DNA from: Convolutriloba macropyga | Taxonomy: Eukaryota | DNA: 64,000 nt | Assembly: GCF_964194025.1 (NCBI RefSeq) | Contig: NC_134471.1 | Location: forward strand, 42,842,001-42,906,000 | Reading direction: 5' to 3' | Shown: piece by piece, positions 37,716-49,788 of the stretch | How the letters are laid out: every line of letters begins with the position of its first letter | How positions within the stretch are numbered: position 1 is the stretch's first letter | The notes under the pieces: generated by a model | Databases searched by the model: none | Seen by the model: the letters and a program-made list of their open reading frames with translations, nothing else | What the model was told of the DNA's origin: nothing | Program-made: the position numbers and the translations under genes

Positions 37716-40700
37716 ATGACAAACGATTTACCTTCTCGGTACATCAACACAGACAATTGGGAGACAGTAAAGGAACTACAGTTGGCTGATCCCGACTTTA
37801 ACAAGCCCGCCCAAGTTGATCTAATCATTGGAGCTGGACACTACGTGGACTTGATGGTTGGGAACAACAGACTGAAAGAACCAAACATCCCCGTTACATA
37901 TCGGCTCTCAGTATTCGGTTGGTTAGTAATTGGACGCGAAAACGTGCAAACTTCCAATTCTTCCAGTTTGCAAACCTACTTTGTGTCATCATTTGAAGAC
38001 AGTTTGCAGCGTTTTTGGGAAATCAAGGAAGTGCCTGCAACTAAACATCTGACCGACGAAGAAAGAAGATGTGAAGAACACTTCAAGTCAACCACACGCA
38101 GAAGCCCTGAAGGAAGGTTCATCGTAAAACTGCCGTTTAAGAACGAAATTGGAGAACTGGGGGATTCCCAGCAGCAAGCACGACGAAGACTTAGAAGTCT
38201 CCTTCATAGACTTCAAAAACAGCCTGATCTGTACAGAAGATACAACGAGTTCATCAATGAGTTCATTAAACTAGGACACATGGAAGAAGTACCAGCAAAG
38301 GAGATGCTACTGCCAATAGAGAAAAGCTATTATCTCAGCCATCACTGTGTGTTCAAAGACTCAAGTACAACTACGAAGCTGCGTGTAGTCTTTGATGGTT
38401 CAGCAAAGACTACCAGTGGAATTTCTTTGAACGATAGACTGATGGTGGGACCCAAGATCCAGAAAGATCTATTCAGCATCCTGATCCGTTTCCGTATGTA
38501 TCCTGTAGCCCTTTCAGCAGACATTGCAAAAATGTACAGACAAGTGCAACTGGATACCGAAGATAAGGACTATCATCGACTACTTTGGAAGGAACCGAAC
38601 TCAAAGACATTTAGGATGACACGTGTCACGTACGGAATAGCATCATCAGCGTTCCATTCTATTCGCCCATTACAAGTTTTAGCGGAAGATGTTACGGCAA
38701 AAAATGTACAGCTAGGAATCACGACAGACATGTACGTCGACGACTTGTTGACAGGAGCACCCGATCTGGAAAGTGCAATGAAACTGCAGGACTCAATCAT
38801 AGCAGTTCTTTCAAAGGCAGGGTTTGAGATTCGCAAGTGGACTTCAAGTAACCCAGAACTTGTTGAAAGGCTACCTGCAAACTTTCGAGAAACTACCGAC
38901 GAGATGACGATTAAAAGCGACGACTACAGTATAAAAACTTTAGGCGTCAAGTGGAACCCAAATCCAGACCACTTCAGTTTTATAGCAAAACTAGACGAAA
39001 AGACACCATCTACAAAACGCGAAATACTGTCAGAAGTTACACGGCTCTTTGATCCGTTGGGATGGCTTTCACCTACAACAATTCAGTTCAAATCTTTTGT
39101 TCAACTGCTTTGGATGGACCGACTTGGATGGGACGAAGCTTTGTCGAAATGCCTTCAGCAACAGTACAGCCGACTCAGAGTTCAACTGAAGGAATTGGAA
39201 ACTATTACACTGCCCAGAAAGGTAGTTTCAATCTCGCCAGCATCATCGGACATTGAACTTCATGTCTTCTGTGATGCATCAACTACAGCCTACGCCGCAG
39301 TTGTGTATATACGACAATCTTTCGACGGAACAGTTCACACAAGGATGTTGACAGCAAAGACCAGAGTTGCACCAATAAGGAGTTTGTGCGTTCCCCGGTT
39401 GGAACTTTGTGCAGCACTTCTTGGAGCAAATTTTGGTGGAAGCGATATCATCATCTTGGAACGATCAACGTTTCCCGACACCAAAAGTGTACGCTTGGAC
39501 AGATTCAACGGTAACACTGGCTTGGCTGCAAGACTTTCCAAGAAAGTGGAAGACATTCGTTGCCAACCGTGTTGCAAAAATTCAGAACCTCATTCCATCC
39601 AGCAATTGGAATTTCGTGCCGACGGAGGAGAATCCTGCCGATTGCGCATCACGAGGAATCTCAGCCGCAAACCTAGCCAAACACAGCCTTTGGTGGAATG
39701 GACCCAGCTGGCTAGAAAAAAGCGAAGATTATTGGCCGAAGTCGGAATCAATTGAAGAACATCAGCATGCAGTGAACAACGAAGTGCAAGGAGAAACACT
39801 GAAGCAAACAACAATGGTTGTTACTCAGGAGAACAACTCAATAGTTCAGCTAATTCATCGAACATCCTCGTTTGGAAAACTGGTTCGAATTTTTTGTTAT
39901 GTCAAGAAATTCATTCAGAAGGCCAAACAACAAAGCCAGAAAACCATTGCCAGCAGAACAGATCCAACAAAATCCGATACCAAATGCTACTCACAGAAGA
40001 GGAACCTATCATCAAAAAGATGTCAACAGAAAAAGTCGGAAGCTGCAATAGCATCTGAATTTCAGTCACTTCAACTCAGCTCTTCAGATCTTTACCTTGG
40101 ACGGATTGCCATATACAGCCTGATTCAAAAACTTTACTTGCAAGAGTTTAATGCAATTGTTAGTCAATCATCTTCATCAATGACAGAAGGGAAAGGTAAC
40201 AACATTCCGGAGAATGTGTATTGTCATAAACCCCTTGGTAAGGTTGAGGTAGGTAAAGTTGGTGAGGTTGAGGTAGGTAAGGTTGAGGTTGGTAAGGTTA
40301 AGGTAGGTAAGGTTGGTCAAGGTGAGGTAAGTAAGGTTGCTAAGGTTGAGGTAGGTAAGGGTGGTAGGGTTGAGGTAGGCAAGATTGGTAAGGCTCAGGT
40401 AGGTAAGCTTTGTACAGCTCAATTAGGTATTTCAGATAAACCAACAAGATTCCACGATTTGCAGCAACAAGTAGATACAAGTGAAGAAGAATTGATCAAC
40501 AGTACCACAAAACGAAGAATAAAGCTTTTGCCAAAAAGAGGACGACTTTTCAAACTTTCTCCCTTCTACGACCCAGACAACAAAGTTGTTCGCGTGGGCG
40601 GACGACTAGCAAATTCGCCATACAACATAGACAAGAAGTTTCCTATCCTTATTCCCAAAGATTCTCCAATCACAGTGCTCCTGATTCGGGAAGCTCATGC

Positions 40701-41899
40701 AAGGAACTTACATGGAGGCCCACAGTTAACATTGTTTTATCTTCGACAAACAATTTGGATACCCGGAGGACTATCAGCTGTTAAAAAAATTATTTACAAC
40801 TGCAAGCCCTGCATTCGCCACGACGCCAGGATTCTTCAGCCTCAAATGGGAGATCTGCCAACAGAACGTGTTGTTTCATCATTTGCTTTCACCCACACTG
40901 GTTTGGACTACTGTGGACCTTTCAGCATAAAAGACAGCAGCGGAAAATTGCAGAAAACGTATGTTGCCCTTTTTGTATGTTTCAGCACAGGCCGTCCATA
41001 TGGAAACAGTGACAACGTTGACCAAGGAGGACTGTCTGTACGCCATAAAACGTTTTACAGCACGACGTGGACTGCCCGAAAATATTTATAGTGACAACTC
41101 AAGGACTTTCATTGGAACTCGGGGAGAAATTGAGTTTCGTAAATTATTAATGGACAGAGAATTCAAGGAACTGGTGGATGCCTTCACTACAGGACATCAG
41201 ATAAACTGGTTGACAATTCCTCCACGGACGCCTCATTTTGGAGGTCTCTGGGAAGCCGCAATAAAATCCATGAAGAGACATTTTTACAGGACTGTGGGGA
41301 CAACAAAGATGTCTTTTGAGAATTTCACAACCCTGATCACTCAAATTGAGGCCATCCTCAATTCTCGCCCACTTACAGCCCCCTCTACCGATGCCAATGA
41401 TCCCTCAGCACTAACACCCGCTCATTTTCTTATTGGACGCCCACTGACAGCTTTGCCGGAGCCATCTCAAGAAGACAACCGGACACTAAACAGAAGGTTC
41501 AAAAGCATCAACAACATTGTCAGACAATTTTGGAAAAAGTGGTCCGTGGACTACTTGACAACACTTCAACATCGAACAAAATGGCAGGATAACAAACAAC
41601 AGCACGCCGTCAATGACATTGTTATCATCAAGGAAGACAACACGCCTCCAATGCTATGGCCACTGGCAAGGATTACAAAAATATTCGACGGAAATGACAA
41701 GATAGTACGAGTATTCCAAGTTAGAACGCAAACAGGACTCTACATACGACCAGTAAGCAGACTGGTTCCATTGGAGAAGGAGACCAGAATCTCACGTTAC
41801 CCAAATGGAAGACAGCGGATGACTCAATGGATGAGGATTGACAAGTCAGCAGCACAACCCAATTCAATACAACAAGACCGGAAGATAAGCGTTCCTTAG
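37716..41899 (+). pseudogene. pol: BEL pol (RT, RNase H, integrase) split by two frameshifts
   Basis: LRVVFDGSAK, DIAKMYRQV and MYVDDLLTG (RT). LHVFCDAS and PRLELCAA (RNase H). HARNLHGG…CKPC, GLDYCGPF, IYSDN, HFGGLWEAAIKSMK (integrase). ORFs 37716-39755, 39409-41091 and 40961-41899. Confidence 0.95.
40236..40410 (+). repeat. Degenerate ggtaaggttgaggta minisatellite translated in frame as (GKVEV)n
   Basis: Visible in ORF 39409-41091: GKVEVGKVGEVEVGKVEVGKVKVGKVGQGEVSKVAKVEVGKGGRVEVGKIGKAQVGK. Confidence 0.95.
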
Positions 41900-41989
41900 A
41901 CAATGAGCAATCAATATTCAAGTCAATATCATCAGCATTCAATATTTGCAATATTTTGAAGTCTGTCAAGCTAATTGTAAATCATTCAC

Positions 41990-42115
41990 CTTCATGACTT
42001 CAACGACAATGACGACAACAATGATGATGATGTTGATAATGACCACGAGCATGATGATGACGACAACGACAAAGACGACAACGATGACGACTACGACGAC
42101 GAAGATGACAACAAG
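41990..42115 (+). repeat. GAY/AAY trinucleotide-rich tract (poly-Asp in one frame)
   Basis: Reads HDFNDNDDNNDDDVDNDHEHDDDDNDKDDNDDDYDDEDDNK, between the integrase stop and the PPT. Confidence 0.9.
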
Positions 42116-42243
42116 GCAAACAACAATCAATTTTCAGAAAACAATTTCCTCGTCAAAAATTTTCTGTGAAATGTCTTGTGTCAAAGGTCTCAAGTGACTT
42201 CAAAATTACTTTTCAATTGAACTCGTTCAAGGAGGCCGGGTTA

Positions 42244-42492
42244 TGTTGTGGTTAACAACCTTTTGACCTTCATATTGCGAGAGCTTCAAAACTTCAATTC
42301 AAGATGACTTCTTCAACAAACGCAACAATAAATTACCACGTGATTTGAACTAAGAAATCAAAATTTCATCTGATTTTATCAACAACACTTGTTTCCTTTT
42401 GAAATTGAGTTCTTCTTAAGCATAAAGCATTTAAGTCTTTAAAGCGTTTAAAGCAAGTCTAATCAACAAAAAATAAGTGTTGCAACGCAACA
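42244..42492 (+). repeat. BEL/Pao 3' LTR (249 bp)
   Basis: Direct repeat of 35239-35486, followed by TSD aacct. Confidence 0.97.
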
Positions 42493-43800
42493 AACCTAAA
42501 GTCAACGTTTCCTTTGAGAAGAAACAAACAATGGTTAACCAATGACTGTTTCAAAAGAAAAATTTGATACAAAGATGATAACTCAAAATAAAGATTTCAG
42601 GCTAATAACCTACAAACACTGATTCTGTGCAAACCCAATATTAATTAGGAAGCTCAACAAATCTCTTGCTTCTTGAATATTAATTTGTTGGTAACTCTTT
42701 AAGACAATTTGTGGTACAAAATGTGACAAAAAATAGCTTAAATTACCTGATTCGGCACCAAATGACCTGATTTTTGGCTAAGAAACATTGGTCCAAAAAA
42801 TTACATTTTTAGAATCAAAATATTTTACTTTTGATGGGGTACCACTTACAACCTTCTACGCTGAATATATCAATCTGCCAAATTGACTTTACATGTGCAC
42901 CTATAGTTCCCCCCTAAGTGGGGTCGGAAAAGTAACATCAGCAGAAAATGCTTCGTCTGTTTTTATTTGGTTCGTCAATTTGGTTCTACTTATATGGCAG
43001 TCACATCATTTACTCAATTAGCAGTCATATAAAAGTCCTTCCAAGTTTAAGAGAAATACAAACTTGCCAGGAGTCGAAAGATTTTAATACTGATACCATC
43101 TCTCAGGCCAAAACGATGTGATCAAAGATTTGCATATCTCCCCGTGGTCAAGAACACCGAGACGGCTTTAACTATGCTTAGTTAAATCTACTAACTGGTA
43201 TGTTAAAGAGTAGCAAACTAAAATTATGAATTCAATTCATTTTAGCAGCATGTGTTGTCACAGACAGACATTATCTGGATAAAAATAGACATCTAATCTC
43301 TACAAATGTTTCATTATGCACGTTAATACATCATTCCACAGCTGTGCTCTTACACGGAAGATGCACAGGAACAGTAATTTAGAATCATTTATATCAATGG
43401 CAGTTTTATACATCATAGTTTCATGGGGTTCACACATACACATTATCAGGAGGGATAAAAATACAACTATGGCCAACAGAAATGGGTTTCGACTCTGATA
43501 GTGATAGACAATGTACAACACAAGTGATCAGAACGTCAGAGGAATTGCTCTGAGAGGATGTTCACTTAAGCGTTAAATATGCTGGAGGCAAATGGTTAAT
43601 AGTTCAGTTTTTTTAATGATTCCCCCAGCTTAGTGCGCCCATAATAGATGTACCCCAAAGCACACCAGGTATATTTACACAATGATTTAATATGTAATAG
43701 CACTTGTCCGATAATTGGGGGTACATAACCTATGTGAGAAGGGGGAAGGGTAGCGCACTGGGAGGTACAGGGACAACAACGATTTTTCCAAACTACAACT

Positions 43801-44062
43801 TATCACGCCTTAGCTTTTGATTGGTTGATAAAAATAGAAAATCGAAAAATATTACACGCAGTAAAATAGTATAATTTCAGTTCTTACCACTACCACACGT
43901 CCGTTCAGCCGCTTGTATCGAGCACCCTATTAACTTAGCAGAAATCAGAACGTTTTTACCTTGTACCCCGCACAAAAAATTTAGCAAAATACTGAATAAA
44001 AACCGTACTAGAAGGATAATAACTCCATAGCGAAACCTCCTTAAATAAGGGAGTAACCCACA
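43801..44062 (+). repeat. 5' LTR of the env-bearing Gypsy element (first ~5 bp eroded)
   Basis: tatcacgccttagcttttgattgg…gggagtaacccaca aligns with 57637-57908. Confidence 0.9.
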
Positions 44063-44508
44063 TGGCGACAGATTCGGAAACTTTTTTCTGCACTGATAAA
44101 CTCTCCACAGACTTTTACAGAATAAAGGCCCTCCCTTTGATTCAAATAAAAATCTGACACTCATATTAGAATACCACTAATTATACATAGCCGCACTGTA
44201 AGAGTTGAAACTATATGGCCATCACCCTCCGGCATTCAAGTTAACGTCACATTAGACGACAACTCAGAACACGTTAAATTCATTTACTGTGGAATACAAA
44301 CACTGTACAACTTAGCAATCTTTATATGGAATTCAACTCGCTTCTACAACACCATGCCCCAAAACCTGAACCAAGCAACAGTAAGTTCCTTTAATTATCC
44401 AATCAAACCACCCAATGATTTTTGAAAACAGCCTACACAGAACAATTTTGTACATTTTTTATTTAACTTTTCTCATGCACAAACAAACAAGCAATCAAAC
44501 CAAAACCA

Positions 44509-45500
44509 ATGGCGGAACCAAGCCCTCCTCATTTCCACCTGCGACGTTTCTCTGGAGTACCAAATGACAATTGGGACCAATTTGAAGGCCTGCTTCGAGC
44601 CAGCATTGCCGTATCAAGCAGACCTGAAGCCCATCACCAACGAGCACGATACCTTCACCTACATCTTGATGGGGATGCACTTAACTTATATCTCCGGCTG
44701 CCAGAGGTTACCAAAACGACTTGGACAACTCTCTACAAGAGCAACGCAACCGCTATGCAGGTGCAGATCAACGAAGAAATTTCGAGTTTCACCTACAGTC
44801 ACAAAAATTTGACCCCCTAAAAGAACCGCAAGACGATTTTCTTACCAGACTAAAACGCCTCCCAAATCTTGCAATAGTAGACGACGACGCATGTATAGAT
44901 CGCACCGACGAAAGACAACGAATAATCAGGGAGCAATTTATTTAGGGCATGCCATTCAAGGAAAAGAAAGTTCTCCAGAAAATGACAATACTGCAGTCAA
45001 CGAGCTGTGCGCAGTAATCAAAAGAAGAGTTCGAACCGATCAAATACACCCAGAACCACAGCATTTAACGCACTTAATGCATCAAGCAACCCAGCAGTTG
45101 TCCATGCTCTAGAAAAGATAATGGCTGCAGGAATCACATCAATGCAAGTTTCACAATCACAAAACCAAAAATTTCCGGCATTCTCAAGCCAGCCAAATTT
45201 CAACAACTACGGCAGAGAAAGAGCTTTCAGTACGCAAAACAGGCCCCGACTATTTAACTTTAAAAGCCGACAAAACACTGAACGTGAGCAGTACCAATAC
45301 GAAAGAGTTGAAGGAGCGTATTGGGGAGAAAGCCGAGGAAGCTTCCGAAGAAACAGGAGCTTTTATAAACGGAATGAACAAAGACTTTAATAATAACAGA
45401 GAAAGATCCCCAACGCCATTCAGAACATTCTGTCGGACGTGTCAGCAATCAGCGCACCGCCCGAGATTGTCCTCAGCGACAACCACCATACCAAGATAGA
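44509..45500 (+). pseudogene. gag: gag
   Basis: RRFSGVPNDNWDQFEGLL…YLHLHLDGDAL; FDPLKEPQDDFLTRLKRL; IIREQFI*GMP; decayed CCHC knuckle FCRTCQQS(x)H…RDC near 45430-45470. Confidence 0.8.
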
Positions 45501-45529
45501 AACATGCCTTTCAACCAACAGCCAAAAAA

Positions 45530-48500
45530 CTAAATAACCTGCATGCTTTTCAACAAAACCTAGATAATCTCATATCAACTTTTAGAGAGAACGTTTTTCT
45601 TGTACCTTTAGAATTCGAATCTGTTTTTATCAAAACCATTGATACAGGAGCGTTCAGCAGTGCGATGTCACAAAAACCATTTAACAAAATCAAAAAGTAT
45701 AACAAACATGGAAAAGAACAAAAAAGCTCCACCAGATATTTGCGTTTCTACAGCATTCGTACAACAATCGCCGATACTCTCCATTGTTCAACTGGACAAC
45801 AATCAAAATTGGACAAATAACACTGGATAAAGAATTTAATTTTTGAAAATCTAGCTTCCACACTACTCGGTCTACCGTTTTTCGAGAGACAAAATAATCC
45901 TTGACCCAACAACCGATTACTGCATTTCCTGGAATTCACATTTCACTTCAATACAATGAAAATGAAGGGAAAAGGAAAACAAAAATGACTGAAAGCTAGA
46001 AAATTAGCCCTGAAGACAACAATAAATCCTTCAACCCGGACAACAGCAGCAATTACAATTATAACCAGAAGAAGTAATGAATAAAGCAGAACAAATAGGC
46101 ATCGTTGAGCAAACTCCAAAGTTCGAAAAACTTGGCATCGCTCTCAGTAGCCATTTGGGCAAACTAAACAACAAAAACAACAACAACAGAACAATCTAGC
46201 TTTCTATAAACACAACCGAAATACCAATAACAGTCAGAGACGGTTCAATCGTTGCAGCTTTTGACTTTATTACACCAGAGCAGGCTCGATATCAAATGAC
46301 ACTAGAACCAAAACTATTTCAAACTGAAAACGAGAAGAGAACAGATCAAATAGCAAAGTCCGTCGATAAAGCTGCCAGAGGAAACATCAATCACATACCA
46401 ATAACTCAAGAATATCAACTGTGGTTTGCCACTCAAGAAACCCACAGCAGCTCACAACTAGTGGGTGTCGAAAAACTTATTTACGAGGAACTAATAAAGT
46501 TCAAACAATTCGAGGAAATACAGCCCTCGGAAAACCAAAAGGAACACAAGACCTTCTTAAACTGATTCGCCTGGAAAAATAGCGTACTCTATGAAGCCGA
46601 TAAGAAACGTACCGAATCGCTTCTCGTGGAATTCAATGCAATCTTCACCCGACACCAACTAGACATTGGGTATAGGCACAAGTTTTCTGTGAAACTGACA
46701 CCAGACACTGACAGACCAGTTTACTCGAAAACACTAAAAATCTCCATACACTTGAAAGACGACTTACTCGTAGAACTAGCACTGCTAAAATACTACGGAG
46801 TGATCACCAGCTTACCATTCAGTCGCTACGCATCGCCCATTTTTGCAAAGCGAAAGACAATCGGGAAGCTACGGATACTTGTCGACCTCAGGAAAATAAA
46901 CCATTTGATACGAAATGACAGCATTAACAACAATTTCCCAATAGCAACACTAGCAGATGCTGGCACTCATCTCGCAGGAAATAAACTTCTGTAAAATGGA
47001 CGGAAGCCACGTATACTTTTCGGTCCCAATGGGACACAAAGAATCAGTCCAACTTCTCGCATTCAATTTTGCCTAAGAACATATGCATTTCAACGACTCG
47101 CTCAAGGGCTAAGCAGAAGTTTGAGCGCCCTCAGCTCCTCCATGCGCCAAAATACAGACCCGGGAATTACAGCTGACAAAAGCTTCCAACATGTAGATGA
47201 TATTGGCATTGGTGCAGATGACAGACATGATAGGAAAATTGAGAGCCGTTTTCTCAGGCTTTCGTGAATCGGGAATGAAACTTGCGACCGACAAATGTCA
47301 ATTCGGACTGCGCAAAATACAGTTTTCGGGGAACGCAATAGCCTCAAAATGCTTAGCACCAAAATCACAAAAAGTTGCAAATTTCCTGAAAAACTTCGAA
47401 GAGGCCAAAAACAACTAAACAAGTAAAACGAATGATTGCGTTCTTTCAATTCTACAAAGCCTTAATACCCGGGCTATCTGAAAAGTTGCTACCATTCTAC
47501 AAACTTCTAAAGAATGAAGCCAATTTTGAAATCGAGGAAGAACACAAATTAATGCTACACTAACTAAGAAATGACCTTAAAAATGCATGTAACATGTCAT
47601 TTCGATTGCCAAAAACGGACCAACAATATGTCATTAAAGCGGATGCATCCTTCTACGTCGCTGGGTATGTCCTAATGATAGAAGACTATACAGTGAATGA
47701 CATGAGTGACGAAACCAAAATTTACGCTCCAGTTACGTTCGGACTAAAAATATTGCAAAAACAAATCAACCTAAGCTCTCAATCTATGCAAAAACCTGTC
47801 CTCATTCTAAACGATAACAGATCTGTCACAAGATTTCGTCAAACGAAAAAAATACCAACCACCCTCCGGAACGCCTTGAACCACGTTCTAAGTTTTCACA
47901 CAATCCTGGGACACATACCAGGTAAAGCAAACCTTGCAGCCGACTATCTCTCAAGAATACACAGAAAATATCTCAAACAAAAACTTAAGTTACAAATAAA
48001 ATCAAGAATCCAAATGCATGAGATTGAGGTTGACAAAGCATCAGACGCCCCAGATAATTCTTTAAAATCACTTCCAGAGGAAGCACTTCAGCTGCCTAAA
48101 ATAACAAAAGACTACTTACTAACAACACAACCAAACACCGCAGAAATGCAAACCATTGAAGCTGACGTACAAATGCAACTCCTTCCATATCATATCGCAT
48201 CATTGCAAATGCAAAACCCGCTAGACGATATCACAACGCAAGGCCATGGCCCACTGAATCTACGCTCAGAGCAAAAAAGGACCAGGATACCAATAGGGTA
48301 AACAACTGGTTTGAACGCGGACGACTGGTTTGAACTTCCAGCCAACATCTCTCAACAGACCTTTAGAAGCACCTAATGCAATACCCCAGAGTAAGCATGT
48401 TTGATGGCGTACTATACAGAAAAATTTTTGACTAAACGGGGAAACACTTCACTAAATAATACTGTGTCCCAAAGCAGCTACGAAAAGAGGTACCATACCG

Positions 48501-49600
48501 AATACATAACAGCCCATGGGCCGGTCACAAGGGAAAAACATACAATTTTCGAGTTCTGGAAGCGCTTCTACTTTCCAATATTTACAGAAACACTTACAGA
48601 GTACATTAAAAGCTGCTTCATCTGCCTGCAGAGCAAACCAAGCTATCACCAACAGCATCGCTCAGACCACATCTCCAACCATTGTCAAAGCAAAACTTCC
48701 CAGGAGACGTAATGCTGATAGACCTTGTAGGCAAAAAGCACCCAACATCCTAGACTTTTATTATATCTGGTATTGACGACTTTTCGAAAAATCTGTTCGC
48801 TGTTCCCCAAACGAAAGGCGACGCCGACTTGGTAGCTAAAGCACAGACCTCAATATTCCTACGACATTAACATATACACTCACCAAAAATTTGTGACATG
48901 GGTACCGCATTCACATCTGAACTAATGAATTGGCAAACCTACTGAAATTACAACTAAAACTCTGTACACCCAAACACGCAAAAACGATAGAAAGGGCTAC
49001 TAGAAAGGAATCATGCGCCTTTGAAACAAATGCTACGATTAAACGAAAACCAAAGCTCAACAGACTGGCATCGCTTTCTCGACATAGCAATTTCTATACA
49101 CAACACAACGTATGCTCCCGCACTAGGATGCACACCTACTGCTGTGTTTCACGGAAGAACCCCAGTAAACGCCCTTGATCTAAGATTCCAGAACACAAAA
49201 CTATGGAAGAATATCCCCAAGTACGACAGTGTCAAAGAATTACAAGACAAAACTACAGAACTCTTTGCTATGGTTAAAGAGAACTTCATAGCTTTATATC
49301 TCACATATAAGAAGTGTTACGACAGAAAAGCAAACGCGACTCCACTTAAACTTCATCAGCACTGTCTAAAAATAGACCCCAAGTGTACCAAAAAAATTGC
49401 CATAATGAACAAACAACAGACATGATGGATACACCTATACGGAGTAGAAAAAGTTCTCACAAACGTCAATTACATTGTCAGAAAAAACCAACACAAACTT
49501 CACCCAATGCGTGCATCGAATGAGACTCAGACCGATTGAGCCACAATACGAGTTTGAGGACCTAAAAAAGAACAGACCCCCGTAAGTTTGAAGCCGACCC
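45530..49600 (+). pseudogene. pol: pol (protease, RT, RNase H, integrase)
   Basis: IDTGAFSS (protease, ~45640). LPFSRYASPIFAKRK..GKLRILVDLRKIN, RLAQGLSRS, HVDDIGIG (RT). ADASFYVAGYVLMIED, HIPGKANLAADYLSR (RNase H). CFIC, IDLVG, CDMG, HNTTY, QCVHRMRLRP (integrase). Confidence 0.92.
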
Positions 49601-49788
49601 CACAATTCCCGAGGAGGAACGAGAACCGCAATTAATTGACAACCAAGGCCATGTGAACACAAATCAGAACGACATGGTTCTCCCTCGAACTGACTCTGAT
49701 ACCAGAACAGCTGCCTCTAACTCTAATGTTCAAAGAACAAACTTCTCACAACAAGAAGCCAGAACAACGTTGGAACATATGAACAACA

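Larger units (their letters stand above)
35239..42492 (+). mobile_element. Full-length BEL/Pao LTR retrotransposon (7.25 kb), 5-bp TSD AACCT
   Basis: Paired TG…CA LTRs. TSD aacct at 35234-35238 and 42493-42497. PBS-like TGGTCCGCCGAA at 35492 and PPT ggaggccggg before the 3' LTR. BEL domain order gag-PR-RT-RH-IN. Confidence 0.98.

Noticed and set aside
40236-40410. Telomeric repeat or CRISPR-like array
   Set aside because: The units are degenerate 9/15-mers with no spacers and no perfect TTAGG/TTAGGG run, and the context is a eukaryotic retroelement.
41946-42197. Thr/Met-rich 83-aa ORF (mucin-like)
   Set aside because: It is an off-frame reading of the GAY trinucleotide tract inside the BEL element.
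43300-43680. Possible membrane-protein exon on the minus strand (…SLVLYIVYHYQSRNPFLLAIVVFLSLLIM)
   Set aside because: Upstream in-frame stops, no convincing splice partner and no recognisable family; hydrophobic runs arise by chance in T-rich DNA.
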